Source: Elusimicrobiota bacterium
GTDB taxonomy: Bacteria; Elusimicrobiota; Elusimicrobia; UBA1565; UBA9628
DNA length: 32,000 nt
Assembly (NCBI GenBank): GCA_027371715.1
Contig: DAHXMM010000020.1
Span: 1-32,000 of the forward strand
Direction: 5' to 3'
The notes beneath the pieces are model-generated. The model was not told where the DNA came from. It was given only the letters and a program-made list of their open reading frames with translations, and ran no database searches. The position numbers and the translations under genes were made by a program. This document shows, piece after piece, positions 22,924 to 31,564 of the stretch (position 1 is its first letter; each line of letters begins with the position of its first letter).

Positions 22924-23703
22924 CTGGGGAGGGGGATAAGGTAGTCCGCGCACGGAAAACTCGGCGCTGACATCGCCCAAAATAGCGTTTTCGCCAAAAG
23001 CCGCCATCTCAAGCCTGGCCGAATTAAGCGTTTTCTTCCCACGGCGGATATTGAGGTGAGAGATAAAAACCTTTCCAGAACTCGCGAAATTTTCGCTAAA
23101 GCCAATTTTTTGATCTTCTAATTGATGAGAATTTAAAAACTTTTCCTTTTGACTTCGGTCTAAGATTGAAACAATGACCGGCTGAACCTTAGTCAAACGA
23201 GTTTTCGAAATAAAAAATCTTAACTCCAAATGTTTGCGCAAATCTTTCAAGGATTTAGGAAATAGAGAAACAATAAATTCTCCATTCGAGGAATTTCCGT
23301 AAAATGCGGAAAAGACTTTGGCGGAAGACTCCTCGCCCTTTAAGGCTTTTTTAAGCGTCACTTTTTTAGTCTTTTTGTTTTTAATTTTCTCAACTACATT
23401 TTGAATCTGGCGCACAAAGAAGGCGGATTTAAAGTTTTTCTTTTTCTCTTTAAAAACTTGAATGGGCTTCCAATGGACCGAATCCTTAGGAATGAAAACC
23501 TCTACGGATGCCTTATATTTTTTCTTTTTTTTCTTTAAACTTCCTTTTTTATTTTCTTTCTTAGGACGTTTAAGGGCCAATTTGTGATTAGATTTTGATT
23601 TTTTCGTTGAGGTGCTTGTGGCGACGTTTTGAGCCGGCAAAACAGTAGGAAATGCCGCCCCTAAAAAAAACCACGCCATTAAAATCGAAAAAAATTTTTT
23701 CAA
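22918..23703 (-). CDS. Lys-rich secreted protein, unknown function
   Basis: TTG start 23703-23701 overlaps the valS stop (TTGA). The signal peptide is MKKFFSILMAWFFLGAAFPTVLPAQN. Poly-Lys tracts are present (KKENKKGSLKKKKKKYK). The gene is visibly more A/T-rich than its neighbours. Confidence 0.6.
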   Translation of the reverse strand: MKKFFSILMAWFFLGAAFPTVLPAQNVATSTSTKKSKSNHKLALKRPKKENKKGSLKKKKKKYKASVEVFIPKDSVHWKPIQVFKEKKKNFKSAFFVRQIQNVVEKIKNKKTKKVTLKKALKGEESSAKVFSAFYGNSSNGEFIVSLFPKSLKDLRKHLELRFFISKTRLTKVQPVIVSILDRSQKEKFLNSHQLEDQKIGFSENFASSGKVFISHLNIRRGKKTLNSARLEMAAFGENAILGDVSAEFSVRGLPYPPPQS

Positions 23704-26414
23704 GCGAGAACCTTAATCAATTCTTCAAGGCGCGCTTTTTTAGAGAGCGCCGTATCCTGGAGAAACCGCGTTTCAGAGACCTCTTCCATAGCCGCTTTTG
23801 AAAGATAATTGGGATCAGAGAGCTTCTGCGATAATTTGCCCAAATCGTTTTCAACTTTTCCAAGCTCTTTTTTTAAGCGTTCAGATTCTTTCTTAAAATC
23901 AATCAAGCCTTCAAGCGGAACATAGAAGGTAAAGTGCGGAGTCACCGTGGAAGCCGCCTTGGTGGGCAGAGATTCTCGCTTAGAACTTAAGAAAGAAATC
24001 TCTCTTCCCCCGGCTAACGCCGCTAAATAAAGAAGATTCTCTTTTAAGAAGTTTGTCTCTGCGGCGTCTTCGCTTTGACAAATGACGGGAATCTTAAGCC
24101 CTGGAGAGATGCCCAGCTGCGCGCGCAAGGACCTTAAAGACTTAACCGCTTCAATTAAAGCGCTCATTCCTTTTTGGGTTTCTTCCGTAATTTTAATTTC
24201 CGGGACATTTGGAAAACGGGAATTCATCAAAAAATCCGCGGGTTCGGTATCCCAAGTTTTTAGGACCGAATAAATTTCTTCCGTGACAAAAGGCATCAAG
24301 GGATGAAGCATTTTAACGACGCCATTTAAAACGGTTATTAAAACGCGAAACGCCGTTTTTTTGGCTCTTAGATCGGCGCCTTGAAGGCGGAGTTTTGCTA
24401 TTTCTACATACCAATCGCAAAACTCATCCCACAAAAACTCATACATTTTCTCCGTCGCGTTGGCGAGATTATAAATTTCAATTTCTTCTTGAACGGAAAG
24501 AATCATCTTTTGGTATTCAGACAAGATCCAAACATCCGCCGCCTCTAATTGGAAGTTAGGGACTGTCCCTAACTCTTCAGGGGCGACCGCATTCATCAAG
24601 GCAAAGCGCGCGGTATTCCAGAGTTTATTGGTAAAATTTCGTCCGGCAATCAGCGAATCTTCCGAAAATAAGATGTCTTTTCCGGGACGGGCTTGGGAAA
24701 TTAAGGAAAAGCGAAGAGCGTCGGTTCCATATTTGTCCATCATCTCGATCGGATCGATAACGTTTCCGAGAGACTTCGACATTTTTTTTCCCTTTTTATC
24801 GCGAATGATGCCGTGGATAAACGCTTCGGAAAAGGGGACCTTCCCGGTTAAATAGAGACCCATCATCTGCATACGAGCGACCCACAGATAGATAATTTCG
24901 TATCCCGTGACGAGAATTTGAGTTGGGTAATAACGCTGGAGATCCTGATTTTTTTCCGGCCAGCCAAAAACGGAGAAAGGCCAAAGGGCCGAGGAAAACC
25001 AGGTGTCTAAAACGTCGGGGTCTTGAATCAATTCCAAATGACCGCAAACAGAACAAGCCTTTGGCTTTTCGCGAGAGACCACTCCCCTAAGATTAGGAAT
25101 TTGATGGAAAGATGAGTCTTTTGAAATCGCGTTGCATTTAAGACAGTACCAAACGGGAATTTCATGTCCCCACCAAATTTGGCGGGAGACGCACCAATCG
25201 CGAATATCGAGGAGCCAGTTCCTATAAGGCTCTTTCCAGGAGGCCGGATAAATTTTAAATTGGTTATTCTCCAAAGTCTTCAAAGCCCCGGCGGCCAAGT
25301 CCTTGGTTTTAACAAACCACTGCCAGGAAAGAAGCGGTTCAATAATTTCCTGACAACGATAACAAATTCCGACCGCGTGCGGATGGGTTTCCGTCTTTTC
25401 CAAAAAGCCTTGGAATTCCAAGTCTTGAATAATTTTTTTGCGCGCATCTTCTCTGGACAATCCGGCATAAAGGCCGCCTTCTTCAGTGATTTTTCCGGAA
25501 GGGGAAATGACCTTGATGCGGGGAAGTTGATGCCGAAGACCCATTTCAAAGTCATTGGGATCATGAGCGGGAGTGACCTTGACGGCTCCCGTTCCAAAAG
25601 AAGACTCGACAAAACCATCTTCAATCACCGGAATTTCTCGGTTCACAAGCGGCAAGCGAAGTTTTTTTCCAATTAAAGACCGATAGCGCTTGTCCTCGGG
25701 GTAAACGGCGACCGCGACATCTCCCAGCATGGTTTCAGGCCGGGTGGTGGCCACAACCAACCCCGGTCCGCCGGAAGCCTCCGGGTAGCGGATATGCCAG
25801 AGATTTCCCTTTCTTTCCTCATGCTCAACTTCTATGTCGGATAAAGCCGTTCCGCATCTCACGCACCAGTTGACCAACCGCTCCCCGCGGTAAAGAAGCC
25901 CGTCATCCCACAATTTTTTAAACGCCTCAAAAACGGCCGCTTTTCGTTTTTCATCCATCGTAAAGGACTCACGGCTAAAATCAAGCGAACATCCGAGTTT
26001 CTTGAGTTGCCCCAAAATCGTCTCTTTACAATGAAGCGTCCAATCTTCCATGCGCTGGGTAAAAGCCTCCCTTCCAATTCTAACGCGAGAAGTGTTTTCA
26101 GCCTTTAAAATTTTTTCCATTACGGTTTGAGTCGCGATGCCGCCGTGATCGGTTCCAGGAACCCAGCAGAGATCTTTTCCTGACATTCTCTTTAAGCGGG
26201 CCAGAAAATCTTGAATGGTATTATTGAGCGCATGCCCAACATGAAGCGCTCCCGTTACATTCGGAGGGGGAATGACCAGGGAATACGGTTCTTGATTTAA
26301 ATCAGGATGAGAATTGAAAATCCCCGATTGAGCCCAATGGTTCACCCAGCGAGCCTCAACATCCTTGGGACTATAGGCTTTGTCCCAGGTTTTTATTTCG
26401 GTCGTTTCATTCAT
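23700..26414 (-). CDS. valS: Valine--tRNA ligase
   Basis: 904 aa with HIGH motif PPPNVTGALHVGHALN, KMSKS motif GKKMSKSLGN, editing-domain TTRPETMLGDVAVAV and a C-terminal coiled coil. Confidence 0.97.
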   Translation of the reverse strand: MNETTEIKTWDKAYSPKDVEARWVNHWAQSGIFNSHPDLNQEPYSLVIPPPNVTGALHVGHALNNTIQDFLARLKRMSGKDLCWVPGTDHGGIATQTVMEKILKAENTSRVRIGREAFTQRMEDWTLHCKETILGQLKKLGCSLDFSRESFTMDEKRKAAVFEAFKKLWDDGLLYRGERLVNWCVRCGTALSDIEVEHEERKGNLWHIRYPEASGGPGLVVATTRPETMLGDVAVAVYPEDKRYRSLIGKKLRLPLVNREIPVIEDGFVESSFGTGAVKVTPAHDPNDFEMGLRHQLPRIKVISPSGKITEEGGLYAGLSREDARKKIIQDLEFQGFLEKTETHPHAVGICYRCQEIIEPLLSWQWFVKTKDLAAGALKTLENNQFKIYPASWKEPYRNWLLDIRDWCVSRQIWWGHEIPVWYCLKCNAISKDSSFHQIPNLRGVVSREKPKACSVCGHLELIQDPDVLDTWFSSALWPFSVFGWPEKNQDLQRYYPTQILVTGYEIIYLWVARMQMMGLYLTGKVPFSEAFIHGIIRDKKGKKMSKSLGNVIDPIEMMDKYGTDALRFSLISQARPGKDILFSEDSLIAGRNFTNKLWNTARFALMNAVAPEELGTVPNFQLEAADVWILSEYQKMILSVQEEIEIYNLANATEKMYEFLWDEFCDWYVEIAKLRLQGADLRAKKTAFRVLITVLNGVVKMLHPLMPFVTEEIYSVLKTWDTEPADFLMNSRFPNVPEIKITEETQKGMSALIEAVKSLRSLRAQLGISPGLKIPVICQSEDAAETNFLKENLLYLAALAGGREISFLSSKRESLPTKAASTVTPHFTFYVPLEGLIDFKKESERLKKELGKVENDLGKLSQKLSDPNYLSKAAMEEVSETRFLQDTALSKKARLEELIKVLA
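24554..24574. repeat. Perfect 21-nt palindrome inside valS (read as ELGTVPNF)
   Basis: AGTTAGGGACTGTCCCTAACT, core at 24559-24569. The arms are exact reverse complements. Confidence 0.9.
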
Positions 26415-26788
26415 TTTTTTAAATGTGATTTAATTTTAGCGAGTAAAATGTTGACATCAATAGGCTTAACCACATATTCAACCGCGCCTGCGTCAACCCC
26501 GGCTAAACGATCGATTTTTTCAGTTGAAGAAGTAAACAAGATAACCGGAATATCCTTAGTCTTTAGATTTTGTTTTAGCTTCCGACAAATATCTAAGCCG
26601 CTGAAATCCCTAATGTAGAGGTCTAGTAAAATAATATCGGGGTCAACCGCTTCGGCTTTCTCAACAAAATTCTCTCCAGGGATCTCAAAAGCCTCAACCT
26701 CCATGCCGGCCCAGCGAAGCGCGGCTCCAACCGCTTCGCGTAAAAGGTCGTCATCATCCACCAAAAGAATTTTAGCTGTTTTTTCCAT
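26411..26788 (-). CDS. Single-domain response regulator (CheY-like receiver)
   Basis: KILLVDDDD, phospho-acceptor context IILLDLYI, ILFTSS and VVKPID. The stop overlaps the valS start (ATGA). Confidence 0.9.
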   Translation of the reverse strand: MEKTAKILLVDDDDLLREAVGAALRWAGMEVEAFEIPGENFVEKAEAVDPDIILLDLYIRDFSGLDICRKLKQNLKTKDIPVILFTSSTEKIDRLAGVDAGAVEYVVKPIDVNILLAKIKSHLKK

Positions 26789-26797
26789 TTGAGCACC

Positions 26798-28102
26798 TCA
26801 CAATAAATCGGAAGCGAGAGCCGCCAAAAGACTTCTTTCGCTCTTGGTAAAAGTCACGTGGCCATAAAGCCCTTGTCCCTTAAAACGTTCGACCAAATAG
26901 GTCAAGCCGTTGGAAGCCGAATCCAAATAATAATTATCTATTTGATAAGGGTCCCCGGTCAAAACTATTTTCGCGCCTTGCCCCGCGCGTGAAATAATCG
27001 TCTTCATTTCATGAGGAGTCAGGTTCTGGGCGTCGTCGATAATAATAAAAAGGTTCGGAAGCGTACGGCCTCTTAAATAGGTCACGGCCTCGATTTCAAG
27101 CATCCCTTCTTCCATCAGCATTTGGATATCCATGTCGGAAGTCTCAAGAGAGCCGTGCGGGCGCTCCAAAAGGTAGCTTAAATTATCGTAGATGGCTCCC
27201 ATCCAGTTGGTCAGCTTCTCTTCCTTCGTTCCGGGCAAAAATCCGATGTCGTGCCCGACCGCCACGATCGGGCGGCCGACAAAAATGCGGCGATAATATT
27301 TCTCCTCAAGGCTTTGTTGCAAGGCCGTCGCCAAAGCCAGCAAGGTTTTTCCCGATCCCGCCAGTCCCACCAAGGTCACCAACTGGATATCCTTGTTAAG
27401 CAACAGCTCAAGCGCGAAACGCTGTTCGACGTTTAAGGGTTTAATTCCCCACGGCACCGAGTCGGCATGGGCAAGGGGCAAGAGATTTCCTGTTTTCTTA
27501 TCGAATCTCGTCAAAGCTGTTTGCGATTGAGAAGCTCTAAGAAGAATAAACTCATTAGGCGCCGCCTCGATTTTTAAATCGGAAGCCGGTATTCTCTTTT
27601 CTTTATAAAACCTGTCGATGACCGCGGGTTCAACAGGTTCTTCTCTCCAGCCGGAATAAAGCTCGGAGACGTCTACTTTTTGCTTCTCATAATCTTCCGT
27701 CTCAAGGCCTAAGGCATCCGCCTTGATTCGGAGGTTGATGTCCTTGGAAATGAAGACGACGTGTTCCTCGACCTTGCTGAGATAAAGAGCGGAGCCTAAA
27801 ATGGCGTTATCTTTGTGCTGAATGGGAAGCTCTTTTGGGAGATTCGCGACGGTTTTGAGTTCGACTTTAAGCTTCCCGCCATTTTCTAAATCAACCCAGT
27901 CGGAAAGACGTCCTTTTTGGCGAAGTTCGTCAAGTTTTCTAGCGACCAATCGCGCGGAACGCCCGCGCTCATCATTGGAGCGTTTAAAAGAATCAAGCTC
28001 TTCGATAACGCCAAGCGGAATTACCACCCGCGAACCCGCAAAAGAAAACGGAGCGAGCGGATCATGCAAAATGACGTTGGTATCTAAAACGAATGTTTTC
28101 AT
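26798..28102 (-). CDS. PIN-domain + PhoH-like ATPase (YlaK/PhoH2-type)
   Basis: N-terminal PIN (FVLDTNVILHDP), Walker A GLAGSGKTLLALA, Walker B-like FIIIDDAQN, and TGDPYQID. Confidence 0.92.
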   Translation of the reverse strand: MKTFVLDTNVILHDPLAPFSFAGSRVVIPLGVIEELDSFKRSNDERGRSARLVARKLDELRQKGRLSDWVDLENGGKLKVELKTVANLPKELPIQHKDNAILGSALYLSKVEEHVVFISKDINLRIKADALGLETEDYEKQKVDVSELYSGWREEPVEPAVIDRFYKEKRIPASDLKIEAAPNEFILLRASQSQTALTRFDKKTGNLLPLAHADSVPWGIKPLNVEQRFALELLLNKDIQLVTLVGLAGSGKTLLALATALQQSLEEKYYRRIFVGRPIVAVGHDIGFLPGTKEEKLTNWMGAIYDNLSYLLERPHGSLETSDMDIQMLMEEGMLEIEAVTYLRGRTLPNLFIIIDDAQNLTPHEMKTIISRAGQGAKIVLTGDPYQIDNYYLDSASNGLTYLVERFKGQGLYGHVTFTKSERSLLAALASDLL

Positions 28103-29226
28103 GAAAGGGCCTCGCTTGGTTGTATTCGATCAAAGGGGGGAACAAATTCCATAAAAACTTGATTGGCGACGAAGACGCCTTCCTTGGTCAATCTAAAAAC
28201 GTTTTCGCGCCTTTCAATGAGGCCGCGGCCCATCAAGGAATTCCATTGGGAATTAAACACCCTAAGAGATTCCTCGGAAGGGACATACCCTTCAATCATC
28301 CGCAGTCCTAAAAAAGCCTTTTCGCCCAAGCTCGCCACTCCTTCCAGTTTCTCCGATGAAGACAACGGAATTTGTCCTGATTCCACCTTCACGCAGTAAG
28401 AAATAAGCCGATCCTCGTTTATCGAGCGCGTTCCATTCAAATAAGAAGCCGCTCCGCAGCCGAGGCCCAGATATTCCCCGTTTCTCCAGTAGATCTTATT
28501 ATGCAAAGATTCCGAGCCCAAACGCGCGAAATTCGATATTTCGTAATGAATAAAACCCGCCTCTTTCAGGATTTCAATCGAGCGCTCGAACATCTCCCGC
28601 GCGAGATTCTCATCGACTTTGACGTCTCTTTTCGAGAATAAAGTCCAATCCTCGACTTGAAGGCCGTAAAGAGAAATATGCTCCGGAGACAGATCAAGAA
28701 CCCGTTTCAAAGTTTCAAGATGAGTTTTAAGACTCTGATTGGGAAGGCCGTACATTAAATCAACGGAAATCGAAAACCCGCCCGCTTTTCTTACGCTTGA
28801 AAAAACATCGAAAAAATCTTCAGAGGAATGTCGGCGTCCGATTAATTTAAGCAAATGGTCGTCAAGAGTTTGAAGCCCAAGGCTAAGGCGGTTAACTCCC
28901 GATTCTTTTAATATTTTAATCTTATCCATATCGAGGCTTTCGGGATTAGCCTCAAAGGTCGCTTCTTTAAAATCAGCTCTAGGAAAGCGGGAGTGAATAA
29001 TTTTAAAAAGTGTTTGTAATTCTTCTGCTGAAAGCTCTGAAGGGGTTCCGCCTCCGATGTAGAGAGTCTCCGGGTTAAATTCCGGAAAAAAAGAGGCCTC
29101 TTGGTCTAAGGCCGACAAATAGCGGGAAATGGTTTTCTTTTGCCCGGAAAACGCCGTAAAATCACAATAAAAACACTTAATGGAACAAAACGGAATATGC
29201 AGATAAAGCCCGCGTTGCGGTTTCAA
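28099..29226 (-). CDS. hemW: Radical SAM family heme chaperone HemW (oxygen-independent coproporphyrinogen-III oxidase-like)
   Basis: LYLHIPFCSIKCFYCDF (CxxxCxxC), GGGTPS, and 375 aa length with a HemN_C-like tail. Confidence 0.88.
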   Translation of the reverse strand: MKPQRGLYLHIPFCSIKCFYCDFTAFSGQKKTISRYLSALDQEASFFPEFNPETLYIGGGTPSELSAEELQTLFKIIHSRFPRADFKEATFEANPESLDMDKIKILKESGVNRLSLGLQTLDDHLLKLIGRRHSSEDFFDVFSSVRKAGGFSISVDLMYGLPNQSLKTHLETLKRVLDLSPEHISLYGLQVEDWTLFSKRDVKVDENLAREMFERSIEILKEAGFIHYEISNFARLGSESLHNKIYWRNGEYLGLGCGAASYLNGTRSINEDRLISYCVKVESGQIPLSSSEKLEGVASLGEKAFLGLRMIEGYVPSEESLRVFNSQWNSLMGRGLIERRENVFRLTKEGVFVANQVFMEFVPPFDRIQPSEALS

Positions 29227-29229
29227 GCT

Positions 29230-31206
29230 TTAAGTCTCAACAAAATTAGATTTTGGAATTAAGTCCGTCGCGCGCCGAGACCAAGTCTTCGGGGCGTTTC
29301 CATAATCGATGTAGGTATATTTTTTCATCGCCGCTTCATACTCATCGAGCAAATCGACGCCTTCGCGAGGCTTAATCGCGCCTGAGCGAACCCGGCTATC
29401 AATGGCGGATTTGAGCATTTTAATGAGCTCAAAATCGCTGTATTGAATACTCTGAAGAACATCTCGAACATTTTGGCCTTGAATCATTTCCTCGATATAA
29501 TACCCAGACGGTTCCGTAGGATCTTCAAAAACATGAACCTCGCTAACCCGGCCAAACAAATTATGAATATCTCCCATCGTCGCCTGATAAGCGCCCATCA
29601 GGAAAACGCCCAAATAGTAAGGATCTCCCGGTTGAATCGGATGAAGAGGGAGAGTTCCTCCCGCTTTCCGGTGACACGCGAATTGAGAAATTTTTCCGTC
29701 TGAATCGCAAGTGATATCCACCAATGCCGCCCGGTGGGTCGGCTCCTCGTTTAAGCGCTCCAAGGGCATGATGGGGAAAAGCTGTCCTATGGCCCAACTG
29801 TCCGGCAGGGATTGAAAAATAGAAAAATTACACAAATACTGATCGCGCAAGGCCTTTGACATTTCAAGAATGTCATCGGGAACGTCTTTAATTTTGGCCA
29901 ACACGCCTCCGATTTCCCGGCAAAGACTCCAAAAAAGAGTTTCCGCCTTGGCCCGGTCCTCAAGGCCCAAGTATCCCAAATTAAACAAGGAAAACGCCTC
30001 ATCGCGCTTCTGAACGGCTTGATGGTAACTCTCGACAACCGTCCTAGGGCTCAGATCGGCAAACAGGGAACGCAAAGACTTGACGATTTCGTGCTCGTCC
30101 TCGGTCGGAAGAAACTCAGCGGGCCGTGATCCGCCCTCGATGAACCCAAAGACATTGACGGCCAGCATCGAGTGATGAGCGACCAGGGAACGCCCTGATT
30201 CGGTTACGATGTTAGGCTCGGGAACCTTCTCTTGCCGACAAACTTCCTGAATGGTCATGACCAAAGCTCGCGCGTATTCTCTTAAATTATAGTTGACGGA
30301 ACTGTCGACCGAGGAATGGGAACCGTCGTAATCGACCCCCAAGCCGCCGCCACAGTCGAGATATTCCATCTCAACGCCCATCTTGCGAAGCTTGGCGTAG
30401 ACGCGCGAGGCTTCTTTGACCGCGTCTTTAATCGTCTGAATGTTGGTGATTTGAGAGCCGATATGAAAATGCAAAAGTTTAGCGGAGGAAACAAGCCCGG
30501 CGGATTTAAGCTCGGAAACGGCTTCCAAAATTTCGGAGGTGGTCAAGCCGAATTTCGCGGAGTGCCCGCTCGAATACTTCCACTTTCCACTTCCTTCGGT
30601 TTGAAGGCGAACGCGAATCCCGATTGTCGGAACCACATTGAGGTCCTTGGCGGCCTTGATGAGAAGCGCGAGTTCCCCGGGCTTTTCAATGACGACGATG
30701 ACTTTTTTACCGATCTTGGTTCCGATCATGGCCAAACGCATCATGGTCTCGTCTTTATAACCGTTGAGAATGGTCAAGCCTTCCGAATTATTCATCGCCA
30801 AAACCGCGACCAATTCCCCAAGGCTTCCGGCCTCAAGGCCGAACTGATAGGGAGCGCCCGCATCCAGAATTTCCTCGACGACTTCCCGCAACTGATTGAC
30901 TTTAATGGGATAAACGCCGTAATAACGGCCTTTGTATTTAAAATCCGAAACCGCCTTTTTAAAAGTCTCGTTTAAAAGCTCGACGCGATGGCGGAGGATA
31001 TCTTGAAAGCGAAAAAGAACCGGCAGGCGCAGTCCGCGGCTCAAAACATCATCAATGATCTTGCGAATTTCAATAGGATGCTCGACATCAAAGCGGGGGT
31101 GAACGGCTAAGCGTCCTTCCGGAGTGATTCCAAAATATTTAAGGCCCCATCCTTTGAGATTGTAAATCGAGGCGGAGTCATCAACGGTCCAAGGGCGGTT
31201 GTTCAT
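29230..31206 (-). CDS. speA: Biosynthetic arginine decarboxylase
   Basis: 658 aa. The N-terminal WTVDDSASIYNLKGWGLKYFGITPEGRLAVHP is typical of SpeA. The PLP-Lys context is YGVYPIKVNQ, and CGGGLGVDY is present. Confidence 0.93.
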   Translation of the reverse strand: MNNRPWTVDDSASIYNLKGWGLKYFGITPEGRLAVHPRFDVEHPIEIRKIIDDVLSRGLRLPVLFRFQDILRHRVELLNETFKKAVSDFKYKGRYYGVYPIKVNQLREVVEEILDAGAPYQFGLEAGSLGELVAVLAMNNSEGLTILNGYKDETMMRLAMIGTKIGKKVIVVIEKPGELALLIKAAKDLNVVPTIGIRVRLQTEGSGKWKYSSGHSAKFGLTTSEILEAVSELKSAGLVSSAKLLHFHIGSQITNIQTIKDAVKEASRVYAKLRKMGVEMEYLDCGGGLGVDYDGSHSSVDSSVNYNLREYARALVMTIQEVCRQEKVPEPNIVTESGRSLVAHHSMLAVNVFGFIEGGSRPAEFLPTEDEHEIVKSLRSLFADLSPRTVVESYHQAVQKRDEAFSLFNLGYLGLEDRAKAETLFWSLCREIGGVLAKIKDVPDDILEMSKALRDQYLCNFSIFQSLPDSWAIGQLFPIMPLERLNEEPTHRAALVDITCDSDGKISQFACHRKAGGTLPLHPIQPGDPYYLGVFLMGAYQATMGDIHNLFGRVSEVHVFEDPTEPSGYYIEEMIQGQNVRDVLQSIQYSDFELIKMLKSAIDSRVRSGAIKPREGVDLLDEYEAAMKKYTYIDYGNAPKTWSRRATDLIPKSNFVET

Positions 31207-31249
31207 CGATTATTCTTATTATTATATCACGTTCAGGGAAAATAAGAAC

Positions 31250-31276
31250 GGGAATTGAGGACAGTCCCCAATTCCC
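31250..31276. repeat. 27-nt near-palindrome (degenerate core AGGACAGTCCC) upstream of speA
   Basis: GGGAATTGAGGACAGTCCCCAATTCCC has 13-nt arms with one mismatch. It lies in the 98-nt gap between the CDGSH stop and the speA start. Confidence 0.75.
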
Positions 31277-31304
31277 GACTTATCTTTCCTTAATTTATTT
31301 CAGC

Positions 31305-31550
31305 TTAAGGAAGGTTTTTGTGAGCGCCATCGCAATAGGGCTTGTTTTTTGAATGCTTGCATCCGCACCACGCCACTTTCTTGGCCTCGGTCAACTCGAC
31401 GATAATCGGAGTCATTCCGGTGTTCATTTTAGAATGACTGCCGTCGCAGTAGGGCTGATTTTTTGAATGTCCGCACGCGCACCAAGCGTATTTGCCCGGT
31501 TTTTCATCTTTCACGTACGGCGCTTTTTGCGCCACTTTAGGTTCGCTCAT
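31305..31550 (-). CDS. CDGSH-type iron-sulfur domain protein (two CDGSH motifs)
   Basis: CACGHSKNQPYCDGSH and CGCKHSKNKPYCDGAH. SD AGGAG lies upstream on the minus strand. Confidence 0.92.
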   Translation of the reverse strand: MSEPKVAQKAPYVKDEKPGKYAWCACGHSKNQPYCDGSHSKMNTGMTPIIVELTEAKKVAWCGCKHSKNKPYCDGAHKNLP

Positions 31551-31564
31551 GGAAGGTCTCCTTT

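Noticed and set aside
3996-24569. GGGAC/GTCCC half-sites as restriction-modification (BsmFI-type GGGAC) related signals
   Set aside because: No R-M genes are in the window. Over-representation, rather than avoidance, together with a fixed palindromic pairing of the half-sites, does not fit restriction-site behaviour.
3995-31276. CRISPR array interpretation of the recurring palindrome
   Set aside because: Copies are 11-27 nt long and spaced irregularly at 40 nt to 7 kb. They lie in different genes and on both orientations. There are no uniform spacers and no cas genes.
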